A stretch of 41,876 nucleotides of DNA from Minisyncoccota bacterium (GTDB lineage Bacteria; Patescibacteriota; Minisyncoccia; Minisyncoccales; GBS-2), in assembly GCA_938023415.1 (NCBI GenBank), contig CALHEE010000007.1, forward strand, positions 1 through 41,876, in the 5' to 3' direction. The notes beneath the pieces were generated by a model. The model made no database searches. It was not told where the DNA came from and was given only the letters and a program-made list of their open reading frames with translations. Of this stretch, positions 26,916 through 34,793 are shown one piece after another (within the stretch, counting starts at the first letter, position 1; each line of letters begins with the position of its first letter). A program made the translations under genes and the position numbers.

Positions 26916-27847
26916 TCTCGATATAATCTTTTAAGGCCAAATTGTTTTGCCAAATTAATAGTCTCTTGATATTCTTTTTTTGTAATTTTCCTCGAAAGCT
27001 CTGGAAATTGAAAGGCCTTGTAGGCAGGCCAATATTGATCCATAATGTTTAAAAAGGTATTTTTCGAAATTTCTTTTGCTAAAAATTCAAAGATTTTCTC
27101 AGAACCTGCTAAACCATTTGGTAAAATCAAATGGCGAACTATTACTCCTCTGATTGCTACTCCTTCTGGAATTTCCAAATCATCAATTTTCAATCTGCAA
27201 TCTGCAATCTTTAAATCTCCGACTTGTCGATGCATTTCTTTAATTGCTTTTTTCATGATCTCAAAATAGTTAGGGGCAAGAGAGTATTTGCGTGCAATTT
27301 TCTCATCTGAGTACTTGAGATCTGGCAGATAAATATCAACAATTCCATCTAGCAATTTTAGAATTTCTACTGAATCATAGGAATTGGTGTTGTAAACTAA
27401 GGGAATTTTTAATCCCATTTCAATGGCCATGGAAAGTGATTTTAAAATTTGGGGAACTTGGGGAGTGGGAGTGACTAAATTTATATTATGACACCCTAAA
27501 TTTTGCAATTTAATCATCATTTTCGCCAATTCTTCAAAAGAAATTTCTCTGCCCATCCTCAGTTGAGAAATCTCATAATTTTGACAATAAACACAAGCTA
27601 AATTACAACTAGTAAAAAAAATGGTACCTGATCCATTCTTCCCAACCAAAGGAGCCTCCTCTCCAAAGTGGGGATGGAAGGCAGAAACCATTGGTAAATA
27701 TCCCAGTTGACAAAATCCTTTTTCTCTTTTCATTCTGTTCACATGACATTTTCTGGGACAAATTTCACAATTTTCTAAAATTTTAAAAAGCCTTTCTATT
27801 CTATTTTTCAGTTCTTTTTTCGAAAAATTCAAATAAGAAGGATACAT
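26912..27847 (-). CDS. PflX-like radical SAM protein
   Basis: CEICPRKC.VNR, HFGEE, GSGTIFF, CNLACVYCQN, NINLVTP, RHLILP. Confidence 0.9.
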   Translation of the reverse strand: MYPSYLNFSKKELKNRIERLFKILENCEICPRKCHVNRMKREKGFCQLGYLPMVSAFHPHFGEEAPLVGKNGSGTIFFTSCNLACVYCQNYEISQLRMGREISFEELAKMMIKLQNLGCHNINLVTPTPQVPQILKSLSMAIEMGLKIPLVYNTNSYDSVEILKLLDGIVDIYLPDLKYSDEKIARKYSLAPNYFEIMKKAIKEMHRQVGDLKIADCRLKIDDLEIPEGVAIRGVIVRHLILPNGLAGSEKIFEFLAKEISKNTFLNIMDQYWPAYKAFQFPELSRKITKKEYQETINLAKQFGLKRLYRE

Positions 27848-27864
27848 TAGTTCTATTTTAAAAT

Positions 27865-27892
27865 AAAAACCGCCAGAAGATAATTCTGGCGG
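27865..27892 (-). terminator. Intrinsic terminator
   Basis: ccgccagaa-N5-ttctggcgg with U5 tail on minus strand. Confidence 0.8.
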
Positions 27893-27907
27893 GTGGGAAA
27901 CAGAAAT

Positions 27908-28087
27908 TTACTTTGAAAAACCTTCTGCCCTTCTTTTTGCCCAGCATTCTTTGCAATATATCGGTCTACCAGGCGTAGGTTCAAAAGGCAACTCAGTTAT
28001 TTCTTTTCCGCAATCTGTACAGGTCCAATGTCCTTGGTGCATTTGTCGTCGAAAATTCCTGTTTCCTCCAAATTTCTTGAGGGCCAT
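27908..28087 (-). CDS. CxxC-x17-CxxC zinc-ribbon protein (59 aa)
   Basis: Below ORF-track cutoff: MALKKFGGNRNFRRQMHQGHWTCTDCGKEITELPFEPTPGRPIYCKECWAKRRAEGFSK. Confidence 0.9.
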   Translation of the reverse strand: MALKKFGGNRNFRRQMHQGHWTCTDCGKEITELPFEPTPGRPIYCKECWAKRRAEGFSK

Positions 28088-28207
28088 TTATTTGATAAAG
28101 TTACAAATTTGTAACTCCCAAAATTAAAAGCGACCTTTGACCTCGGTCGCTATTTAATTGGGCTTCAAAAAGAAACTTACTTAAATAGACTTCCCTCGGT
28201 CCTTTTC

Positions 28208-28236
28208 ACTTTAACAAAAATCAATTCCTATGTCAA
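28208..28236 (-). promoter_or_regulatory. Sigma70-type promoter for the zinc-ribbon gene
   Basis: TTGACA-N17-TAAAGT. Confidence 0.6.
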
Positions 28237-28260
28237 ATGAAAAGATCTTCTTTTTTGCTT

Positions 28261-29241
28261 TTAATCGTACCTCAAATTTGACCATTTACCACACCTGTCT
28301 CCCCAGCGAGCGACTATTTTTCCTTCAATTTTAGCTTGAATTACCTCGCACTTATTTGGACAGCCTGAGCACTGGAAAGAGTCACATTCGATTTCTTTAT
28401 CTGAGATTTCAAATCCTCTGAATTTTGTATTTTGGGGAGCCATTTCTTTTACTAAAAGAGCCACGCCAAAAGCTCCCATTACCGTATTGTATTTGGGAAC
28501 AATAATTTCTTGACCTAATGCCTCTCTAAAAGCCCATCTCATCCCGACATTCTCTGAAACTCCTCCCAAAAAAACAATAGGTGGTAAAATTTTTTTTCCT
28601 TTTCCCACTCCAGCTAAATAATTTCTAGCCAATCCTTGACAGAGTCCAGCGATAATATCTTCTATCTTGTGGCCGATTTGCTGTTTGTGAATCATATCTG
28701 ATTCGGCAAAAACACTACATCTACTTGCGATCTGAGTTGGGTTTTTAGACTTCAGGGCCATTTCTCCAAATTTTTCAATAGGAATTCCCAATCTAAAAGC
28801 TTGAGCATCCAAAAAAGCTCCTGTGCCTGCACTACAGAGATAATTTAATGCAAAATCAACTACAACCCCGTTTTCCAAAATGATAATTTTTGAGTCCTGA
28901 CCACCAATCTCAATTACTGTTTTGGCCTCAGGTACAAAATGGGTTACTCCTTTTGCATGAGCGGTAATTTCGTTTTTAATTACATCTGCCCCGACAATGC
29001 TTCCTATCAAATACCTTCCAGAGCCTGTAGTCCCCACTCCGCAAATTTCAATTTGAGGATTATGACTTTCAATCCAATCTTTTACTTTTTTCAGTCCATT
29101 TTTTATTGCCTCAACTGGTCTTCCTCCTGTTCTTTCATATTTCCAATATAAAACTTCTGCTTTTTCATCAATCAAAACAAATTTTATCGTCAAAGATCCA
29201 ATATCAATTCCTAAATATGTCTTAAGACTTTTTTGATTCAT
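28261..29241 (-). CDS. ATP-dependent acyl-CoA dehydratase activator (BadF/BadG/BcrA/BcrD)
   Basis: LGIDIGS, GTTGSGR, NEITAH, EIGGQDSK, CSAGTG, RCSVFAESD, C-terminal CSGCPNKC..RC; start approximate. Confidence 0.92.
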   Translation of the reverse strand: MNQKSLKTYLGIDIGSLTIKFVLIDEKAEVLYWKYERTGGRPVEAIKNGLKKVKDWIESHNPQIEICGVGTTGSGRYLIGSIVGADVIKNEITAHAKGVTHFVPEAKTVIEIGGQDSKIIILENGVVVDFALNYLCSAGTGAFLDAQAFRLGIPIEKFGEMALKSKNPTQIASRCSVFAESDMIHKQQIGHKIEDIIAGLCQGLARNYLAGVGKGKKILPPIVFLGGVSENVGMRWAFREALGQEIIVPKYNTVMGAFGVALLVKEMAPQNTKFRGFEISDKEIECDSFQCSGCPNKCEVIQAKIEGKIVARWGDRCGKWSNLRYD

Positions 29242-30295
29242 GGTAGTTTTTGACAACATCGACAAAAGCTTCTAATCTTGTGTCGATTCCGGCTTCAGCT
29301 ACTTCTTCGTCAAAAGAAAGGGATAGAAAAGGAATACCAGTTTCCTGATGGATTTTTTCTAAAATTGGCCTGACGGTAGTTTCAGGCATACAAAATGCAG
29401 GTAAAAGCTGAATTACTCCATCGAATCCTTTTTTCACATATTTTAACATCTCATAAATTGCATCTCTTCCGTGCCCCCCCACTGTCGATCCTAAATATTT
29501 TTTAATTTTTCTTTGGATTCTCCAATCAACAAACAAAAACTTTTTACTCAAGTGATAAGAAAGGGTAATTTCCTTGTGCACCTCAATTCCTTCTCTTCCC
29601 AATTTTTTCTCAATCTCAAAATTTACCCCAGGATCACAAACAGTATAAATTTCTCCTACAATCCCCACCTTTGGTAAATTTGATATTTTTTGGATCTCAA
29701 TCTTCGAAAATTCTTCTAAGATCTCTTTTTGTACTTTTTTAAAATCTTTTTCCTTTTTTACTTTTTCTAATTTCTTTATTGCCTCAGAAAAAACTAAATC
29801 AGTCTTTCCCTTTTTTATTTCTCTGGGCCTCAAAAAGGCTGCTTTTTTTTCTATTTTTTCGATGAAAAAAAGCATTTCTAAACAAAGTTTGGCTGCTCTT
29901 AAAATCTGCCATATTGACTTTTGAGAAAATTTTTTCACTTTCAAAAAAATATCTCTTACCCCTTGATCTAAGATAATAAAGTTAACTTTCTCGCCCGATT
30001 CTTTTAAAATTTTATCTTGAGTAACCGCGTAATATCTCAACCTACAAGATCCCCCAGTGGCAGTAACCATAAAAATAGTATTGGCTCCATTTCTAATTGC
30101 GGACAAGTAATTTCCCAAATTAACCTTAAAAGGAAAACAAAACATTTCTGGGGAAATTTTTGCCCCTTCTAAAATTGCCTGAGGATTGGTCTTTTCAGGC
30201 AAAACCACTCTTATTCCCAAAGATTCAAAAAGAACTTTAAAGGCGATGGTATAGTTTCCCCAATTGGCAAATGTGACAATAGGCTCTCTTTCCAT
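29222..30295 (-). CDS. 2-hydroxyacyl-CoA dehydratase-like Fe-S subunit
   Basis: PEMFCFPFK, GGSCRL, VGEIY, GGHG, FCMPE, EAGIDTRLEAF. Confidence 0.8.
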   Translation of the reverse strand: MEREPIVTFANWGNYTIAFKVLFESLGIRVVLPEKTNPQAILEGAKISPEMFCFPFKVNLGNYLSAIRNGANTIFMVTATGGSCRLRYYAVTQDKILKESGEKVNFIILDQGVRDIFLKVKKFSQKSIWQILRAAKLCLEMLFFIEKIEKKAAFLRPREIKKGKTDLVFSEAIKKLEKVKKEKDFKKVQKEILEEFSKIEIQKISNLPKVGIVGEIYTVCDPGVNFEIEKKLGREGIEVHKEITLSYHLSKKFLFVDWRIQRKIKKYLGSTVGGHGRDAIYEMLKYVKKGFDGVIQLLPAFCMPETTVRPILEKIHQETGIPFLSLSFDEEVAEAGIDTRLEAFVDVVKNYHESKKS

Positions 30296-30327
30296 AGAAA
30301 TTTAATTTATCAAAAAATGAGAAATTT

Positions 30328-31212
30328 TTAAAGAGTGTCAACAAAAGCTTCTAATCTAGTTTGAAAACCTGCTTCACCAGTGTGTTCATCGATAATTAGA
30401 TATAAAAAAGGAATGTTTTTTTCTTTAAAACTTTTCTCCACAAATTCCTTTAAAACTGCATCACAACCGCAGGCAAAAGAAGAAATTTGAATAGCACCAG
30501 AGAGTGGATATTTTAAAACCTCTTCAATCTTTTCCATCATTTCCTTTCCAAATTCCCAATGAAATTGGATCGCAAATGCCTGACCCTGCAGGGGGGATGA
30601 AGGAACTTCATCAATAAAAATTGGCTCTATGTTCAATTTCTCCAATCTTTCTTTAACCCTTAGGTTGGTAAACTCATCATAGAGATTATATGGATGAGAA
30701 ATTAAAACGATTTTTTTCCTTTCAGAATGAATTTTTTCGAAAAAATGTTCTTTTGCTTTTTCTTTCAAAATTCCTTCTTGAAAAAGGGCTTTTTCCAAGG
30801 CTTTTCTTGTCTCTTTTTCTTTTCTTTTGAGCTTTTCCCCAAGCTCAATTATTGACTGCTGAAAGCTCTTTTTCTTTTCATCAAACTCTTGAGTTAAAAT
30901 TTTTGTTTTTAAAAGAATTTTAGCTAGATCTGGTAGACCAAAAAACTTCGGACAGTATTCTAGTTTTTCTTGGTTAGTTTTTAATCTTGGAACAAAAACT
31001 AAATCTACCTTTCCCTCTAACCACTTTAAATGTCCAAAATAAACTTTGTTTGAAAAGCAGGTTTCAGGATCAGAAATCTTCGTCCCAACTTCAATAATCT
31101 CTTTGTTAGTTTTTGGCGACAATAGAACATCAAAACCTAATTCTTGAAAAAAAGTTTCCCAAAAGAAAGGCCTTTTCCAATAAATTAAAGCTTGGGGAAT
31201 GCCAATTTTCAT
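30328..31212 (-). CDS. DUF2229 CoA-enzyme activase-related protein
   Basis: MKIGIP.AL, ETC..K..GH, CPKFFGLPD, HPYN, FACGCD, DEHTGEAG..TRLEAF. Confidence 0.85.
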   Translation of the reverse strand: MKIGIPQALIYWKRPFFWETFFQELGFDVLLSPKTNKEIIEVGTKISDPETCFSNKVYFGHLKWLEGKVDLVFVPRLKTNQEKLEYCPKFFGLPDLAKILLKTKILTQEFDEKKKSFQQSIIELGEKLKRKEKETRKALEKALFQEGILKEKAKEHFFEKIHSERKKIVLISHPYNLYDEFTNLRVKERLEKLNIEPIFIDEVPSSPLQGQAFAIQFHWEFGKEMMEKIEEVLKYPLSGAIQISSFACGCDAVLKEFVEKSFKEKNIPFLYLIIDEHTGEAGFQTRLEAFVDTL

Positions 31213-31216
31213 GTTG

Positions 31217-32473
31217 TTAAAATAATCTTCCTTGTTGAGAAATATTTTTTCTTTCGCCCTCTTGAAAAATTTTTACTTTCCCATACACCCCATCGTAGCC
31301 AGGTTGAATAAAAACTCTGCCCTCCCTTACCCTCATTATTCCTTCGGCAATTTCCGAGCTGGTGATCTTTTCTAAGTCTTCTCTTTTTACCTCCAAAAGG
31401 ACATTAAATTCATTTCCAAAACTCTCAATCAATTTTTTATATTCTTTGTTGACATTGACCGTGCCTACTTCCTGTCCTAAAACATCGGCGATTATTTCTT
31501 CTAATGGAACCAAACTTTTAAAAGGAATAGCATTTTCTGGAACAAATTTTTCTGGTCGGTCAGCTAATTGTTCTACCCTATTTAAAACCCCAATTGTCAA
31601 AGGCTTTCCGCAAATTGGACAAATCCCATCATTTTTTCTCGTCTCTTTGGGATGAAAGGCTACACCACAGTTCCTATGACCGTCGTAATGGTATTTCCCT
31701 TCTTCTGGAAAAAATTCAATCGTGTATAAAAATTTTGACCTATCTTTTTCTTTAATCGCAGTTAAAATGGCATAATAATTCAACTCGGTATCAAAAACAT
31801 TGGCTTCACGACCGATTTTTGAGGGAGAATGAGCATCAGAACAGGAAATTAAGGTAATTTTATCTAAACAAGAAAGTCGCCAATTCATCTCCGGCGAACT
31901 ACTCAATCCTGTTTCTCCCGCAAAGATATAATCTGAAAACTCTTCAAAGCACTCGTTCAAAGAATCGAATCCAGAACGAGAGCCAAAAAGACTAAAATGT
32001 GGCGTCCACATGTGAGCGGGAACGATCAGGCAGTCGGGAGAAATGTCTAAAATAATTTTTGTTAATTGTTTAGCATCCAATCCCAAGGTGGGACGGCCAT
32101 CTACATTTAAATTACCGAAGCTCTTCAACTTAATGTTGATTTTGTCAACAATTTCAAAAGAAGGAGCAAAAATAATAAGATGAATCTTCCTGATCTTTCC
32201 ATTTTTTAAATAAACACAACTAATTTCAGTAGTTAAAAGAAATCGAACATCAGAGTTTTTGTCTTTTTCCTTTTTAATTTTAAAAAGGCCGGTCTCTGCC
32301 GGTGCTAAATTTTCTTTTAATTCTTTCAGCCACCCCTGGTGAGTAAAATCCCCAGTGCCCAAAACTGTAATCCCTTTAATCTTTGCCCACTTTGCCAAAT
32401 TTTCCAAATCCATTTCTTTGCTCGTGGCTCTTGAATATTTACTATGAAGATGAAAATCAGCCACAAATTGCAT
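31217..32473 (-). CDS. Endonuclease Q-like PHP-family protein
   Basis: DFHLHSKYSRATS, GTGD, PAH.WTP, ETGLS, SDAHS, GKYHYDGHR, CPICG, PGYDG.YG. Confidence 0.9.
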   Translation of the reverse strand: MQFVADFHLHSKYSRATSKEMDLENLAKWAKIKGITVLGTGDFTHQGWLKELKENLAPAETGLFKIKKEKDKNSDVRFLLTTEISCVYLKNGKIRKIHLIIFAPSFEIVDKINIKLKSFGNLNVDGRPTLGLDAKQLTKIILDISPDCLIVPAHMWTPHFSLFGSRSGFDSLNECFEEFSDYIFAGETGLSSSPEMNWRLSCLDKITLISCSDAHSPSKIGREANVFDTELNYYAILTAIKEKDRSKFLYTIEFFPEEGKYHYDGHRNCGVAFHPKETRKNDGICPICGKPLTIGVLNRVEQLADRPEKFVPENAIPFKSLVPLEEIIADVLGQEVGTVNVNKEYKKLIESFGNEFNVLLEVKREDLEKITSSEIAEGIMRVREGRVFIQPGYDGVYGKVKIFQEGERKNISQQGRLF

Positions 32474-32522
32474 GTTTGAATGCAAAATTAAAATGAGACT
32501 TTTGGAAAAATTTCAAGATAAT

Positions 32523-32957
32523 CTACTTAGTTTTGAAAACTCTTTCTTCGAGAATTCTAAACACAGAAAGAATAAGAATAGTCAATAAGCTAGCAAAAAT
32601 AGCTTCAAAATAAAATTTCGTGCCCACCGCAATACCAATGCCAGCAGAAACCCAAAGAGCAGCTGCGGTAGTTAACCCAGCGACTGTTCCCCCTTGATGA
32701 AAGATTACACCTCCACAAATAAAACCAATCCCCATAGCTATTGCCTGAATGATTCTGGTAGGATCGTAATTGATACCGCTTTCTCGATAATATAAAATAC
32801 CCAATTTTAAAGCAATGATGGTAAAAAGACAACTCCCTAAGGTGGCTAAGGTATAAGTCCTCAGCCCTGCTCCTTTTTGCCGATATTCTCTTTCCAACCC
32901 AATTAAAGCTCCCAAAAGGGAAGCTAAGACTAACTGAGTTATTACTTCAATTTCCAT
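32523..32957 (-). CDS. MgtC/SapB family membrane protein
   Basis: IGLERE..AGLRT, DPTRI, GIGF..GGVI, GLTTAA. Confidence 0.92.
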   Translation of the reverse strand: MEIEVITQLVLASLLGALIGLEREYRQKGAGLRTYTLATLGSCLFTIIALKLGILYYRESGINYDPTRIIQAIAMGIGFICGGVIFHQGGTVAGLTTAAALWVSAGIGIAVGTKFYFEAIFASLLTILILSVFRILEERVFKTK

Positions 32958-32969
32958 AAATTTTAGTTT

Positions 32970-33233
32970 TTACAACTTATATACCCGATATCCCTCCCTA
33001 ACTTTCTGGTTAACCTTAAGACCAATTGTATCTCCAGCTTTTGCTTTCTTCACCTTTTGGCGATCGATTTCCATGGACTCAACAACCTGTTGAAAATCTG
33101 TTTGGCCACCAACAATTCTAATTGTTTCACCCACCTCCAAACTATCTGATAATTCAATGACCGCCACCCCAATTTTCCCAAAATAATGGGTAACTTTTCC
33201 AATTAATTTTTCTTGGGGAATGATTTCTTCCAT
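32970..33233 (-). CDS. Stand-alone EF-Tu domain II/U32 C-terminal-like beta-barrel protein
   Basis: IGKVTHYF.KIGVA, F.Q.VESMEID, VREG..VY. Confidence 0.8.
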   Translation of the reverse strand: MEEIIPQEKLIGKVTHYFGKIGVAVIELSDSLEVGETIRIVGGQTDFQQVVESMEIDRQKVKKAKAGDTIGLKVNQKVREGYRVYKL

Positions 33234-33240
33234 AAAATTT

Positions 33241-33804
33241 TTATTTTTTCCCGACCTTTAATTTTTCCTTTTTAATTAATTCGATTAGTTTTCTCACTAG
33301 TTTTTTCGGATCTCTTTCAAAAATAATCTTTTTTACCCCCCGATAAGGACCAGTGACAATAAATCTAATTTTGTCAGCGGTCCCACCACTCCCTTCTAAA
33401 ACACCAATAGGTTTTTGGATCTCAAAGGCGGTAGCAAATTCGTGTAATGTCCCCATCCTTCCACAAATGATAATCACCCCATCAGCTGACTTGGTCATTA
33501 TCACATTTCTACCAGCATAATCTGCTCCGGTATAAACGATGACATCAAAGACATCGGTAGGAAGTTTATACACCTTTATGTGTTCGGCCTCAGAGGCAGC
33601 TGGAGAAAATCCAATGCTAAAACCACCAGCTTCTTTAAAGGCTTTGGCCACTAAATAAGGAACACCGGTGGTTGCTCCGGTAAGTAAATTACAGTTTTGG
33701 CGGGCAATTTCACGGCCTAATTCTCTAGCTAATTTTTCAATTTTTTTTCCGCAGTGATGAACTACGGCCGAACCAGAAACAGCGATTTCAAATTTTTCAA
33801 ACAT
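33241..33804 (-). CDS. LOG/SLOG family protein
   Basis: IAVSGS, TGATTG, SIGFSP, TG....RN, GRMGTLHEF, GGTA. Confidence 0.85.
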   Translation of the reverse strand: MFEKFEIAVSGSAVVHHCGKKIEKLARELGREIARQNCNLLTGATTGVPYLVAKAFKEAGGFSIGFSPAASEAEHIKVYKLPTDVFDVIVYTGADYAGRNVIMTKSADGVIIICGRMGTLHEFATAFEIQKPIGVLEGSGGTADKIRFIVTGPYRGVKKIIFERDPKKLVRKLIELIKKEKLKVGKK

Positions 33805-33823
33805 ATTTTAATTTTATCAAACT

Positions 33824-33850
33824 AAAAACGGGAAGTAAATTTTTTCCCGT
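33824..33850 (-). terminator. Terminator closing the ncRNA
   Basis: ACGGGAA-N9-TTCCCGT-TTTT. Confidence 0.65.
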
Positions 33851-33854
33851 CTTT

Positions 33855-33986
33855 AGTGAGGGGAATAACCTTAATGCCTTTGACTGGTAAGCTTAATTTC
33901 TGGCCGGACAATAGCCAGACGAGATCTCTCCAGTCTCTAGCACTAAGATTACTTGTCCTTTGGGCATATAGCCCGCACCCCTCACT
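33855..33986 (-). ncRNA. Unassigned ~130-nt structured RNA
   Basis: AGTGAGGGG/CCCCTCACT closing stem, nested helices, own promoter TTGACA-N16-TAAAAT (34019-33992) and terminator; GC-richer than flanks. Confidence 0.7.
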
Positions 33987-34020
33987 TTTAAATTTTAATC
34001 TCTAAAAATGCCATGTCAAG

Positions 34021-34092
34021 TGCCCTCGAGAGGAGTCGAACCTCTATCTCAAGCTCCGGAGGCTTGCGTTTTATCCGTTAAACTACGAGGGC
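34021..34092 (-). tRNA. tRNA-Arg(CCG); CCA not encoded
   Basis: GCCCTCG/CGAGGGC acceptor stem, CAAGC-CTCCGGA-GCTTG anticodon arm, GTTCGAC T-loop. Confidence 0.96.
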
Positions 34093-34790
34093 TTTTCAGC
34101 AATTAAGTAGATATTTGTCCTCGGATCTTTACCGCCTCGCCAACTCTTTTTTATTTTAAAACCCACCTGGGCAACCAATTTTTCTAGCCCTCTCTTTGTA
34201 AAGCAATGAAAATATCTCTCGACCAAAATTTCCCCTTTTGGGTTTCGCCAAGGAAGAAAGATGTCAAAAAAGTCCAGTTTTGATTTCCTAATTAATTTTA
34301 AAAAAGTATACTTTAAAAGTAAAACCAAGCCTTTTTTCCTTTTCCAAAAATCCCAAACCCTTAAAATCAGAGTTCCTCCTGGTTTCAATACTCTCTTTGC
34401 CTCTTTCAAATATTGGATACGAAAATCTCTCGAGGGAAGATGATGCAAAACAGAAATACTGTAAACTTTATCGAAGAATTGATCAGGAAAGGGTAATTTA
34501 AGAGCGTTTCCAACCTGAAAATTTCCCTCAGGAAATTCTTTTTTCGCAAGCTCAATTAACTTTTCAGAAAAATCAATCCCGTAGTATTGGACATTTTTTT
34601 CCTTTAAAACCTTAAATAACCTTCCATTTCCACAACCTGAATCTAAAATTTTTTCCCCGGAGAGGGCATAATCTGCTAATTCTTTGATATCTTCTGATAA
34701 AAAAGCTCTTGTTCTTGCATATTCTAAGGCGATAAGGTTATAATCTTTTTGAGTCTTTTCAAGTAAATACTCAGCGTAGTTTTTTTCCAT
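34083..34790 (-). CDS. Class I SAM methyltransferase, Trm9/ALKBH8-like
   Basis: Y..IA..Y..TR, LDSGCGNG, ISVLHHL..R...L.E..RVLKPGG....VW, DIFLPW, RYFH.F. Confidence 0.8.
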   Translation of the reverse strand: MEKNYAEYLLEKTQKDYNLIALEYARTRAFLSEDIKELADYALSGEKILDSGCGNGRLFKVLKEKNVQYYGIDFSEKLIELAKKEFPEGNFQVGNALKLPFPDQFFDKVYSISVLHHLPSRDFRIQYLKEAKRVLKPGGTLILRVWDFWKRKKGLVLLLKYTFLKLIRKSKLDFFDIFLPWRNPKGEILVERYFHCFTKRGLEKLVAQVGFKIKKSWRGGKDPRTNIYLIAEKPS

Positions 34791-34793
34791 AAT

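Noticed and set aside
29262-30357. Shared acaaaagcttctaatct in two adjacent genes
   Set aside because: Explained by the conserved TRLEAFVD C-terminus of paralogous subunits
30577-30600. GC-rich patch encoding SSPLQGQA as a REP-like insert
   Set aside because: Single short copy; too weak to support
34021-34092. tRNA as an integration site
   Set aside because: No integrase or duplicated tRNA 3' end noticed in the window
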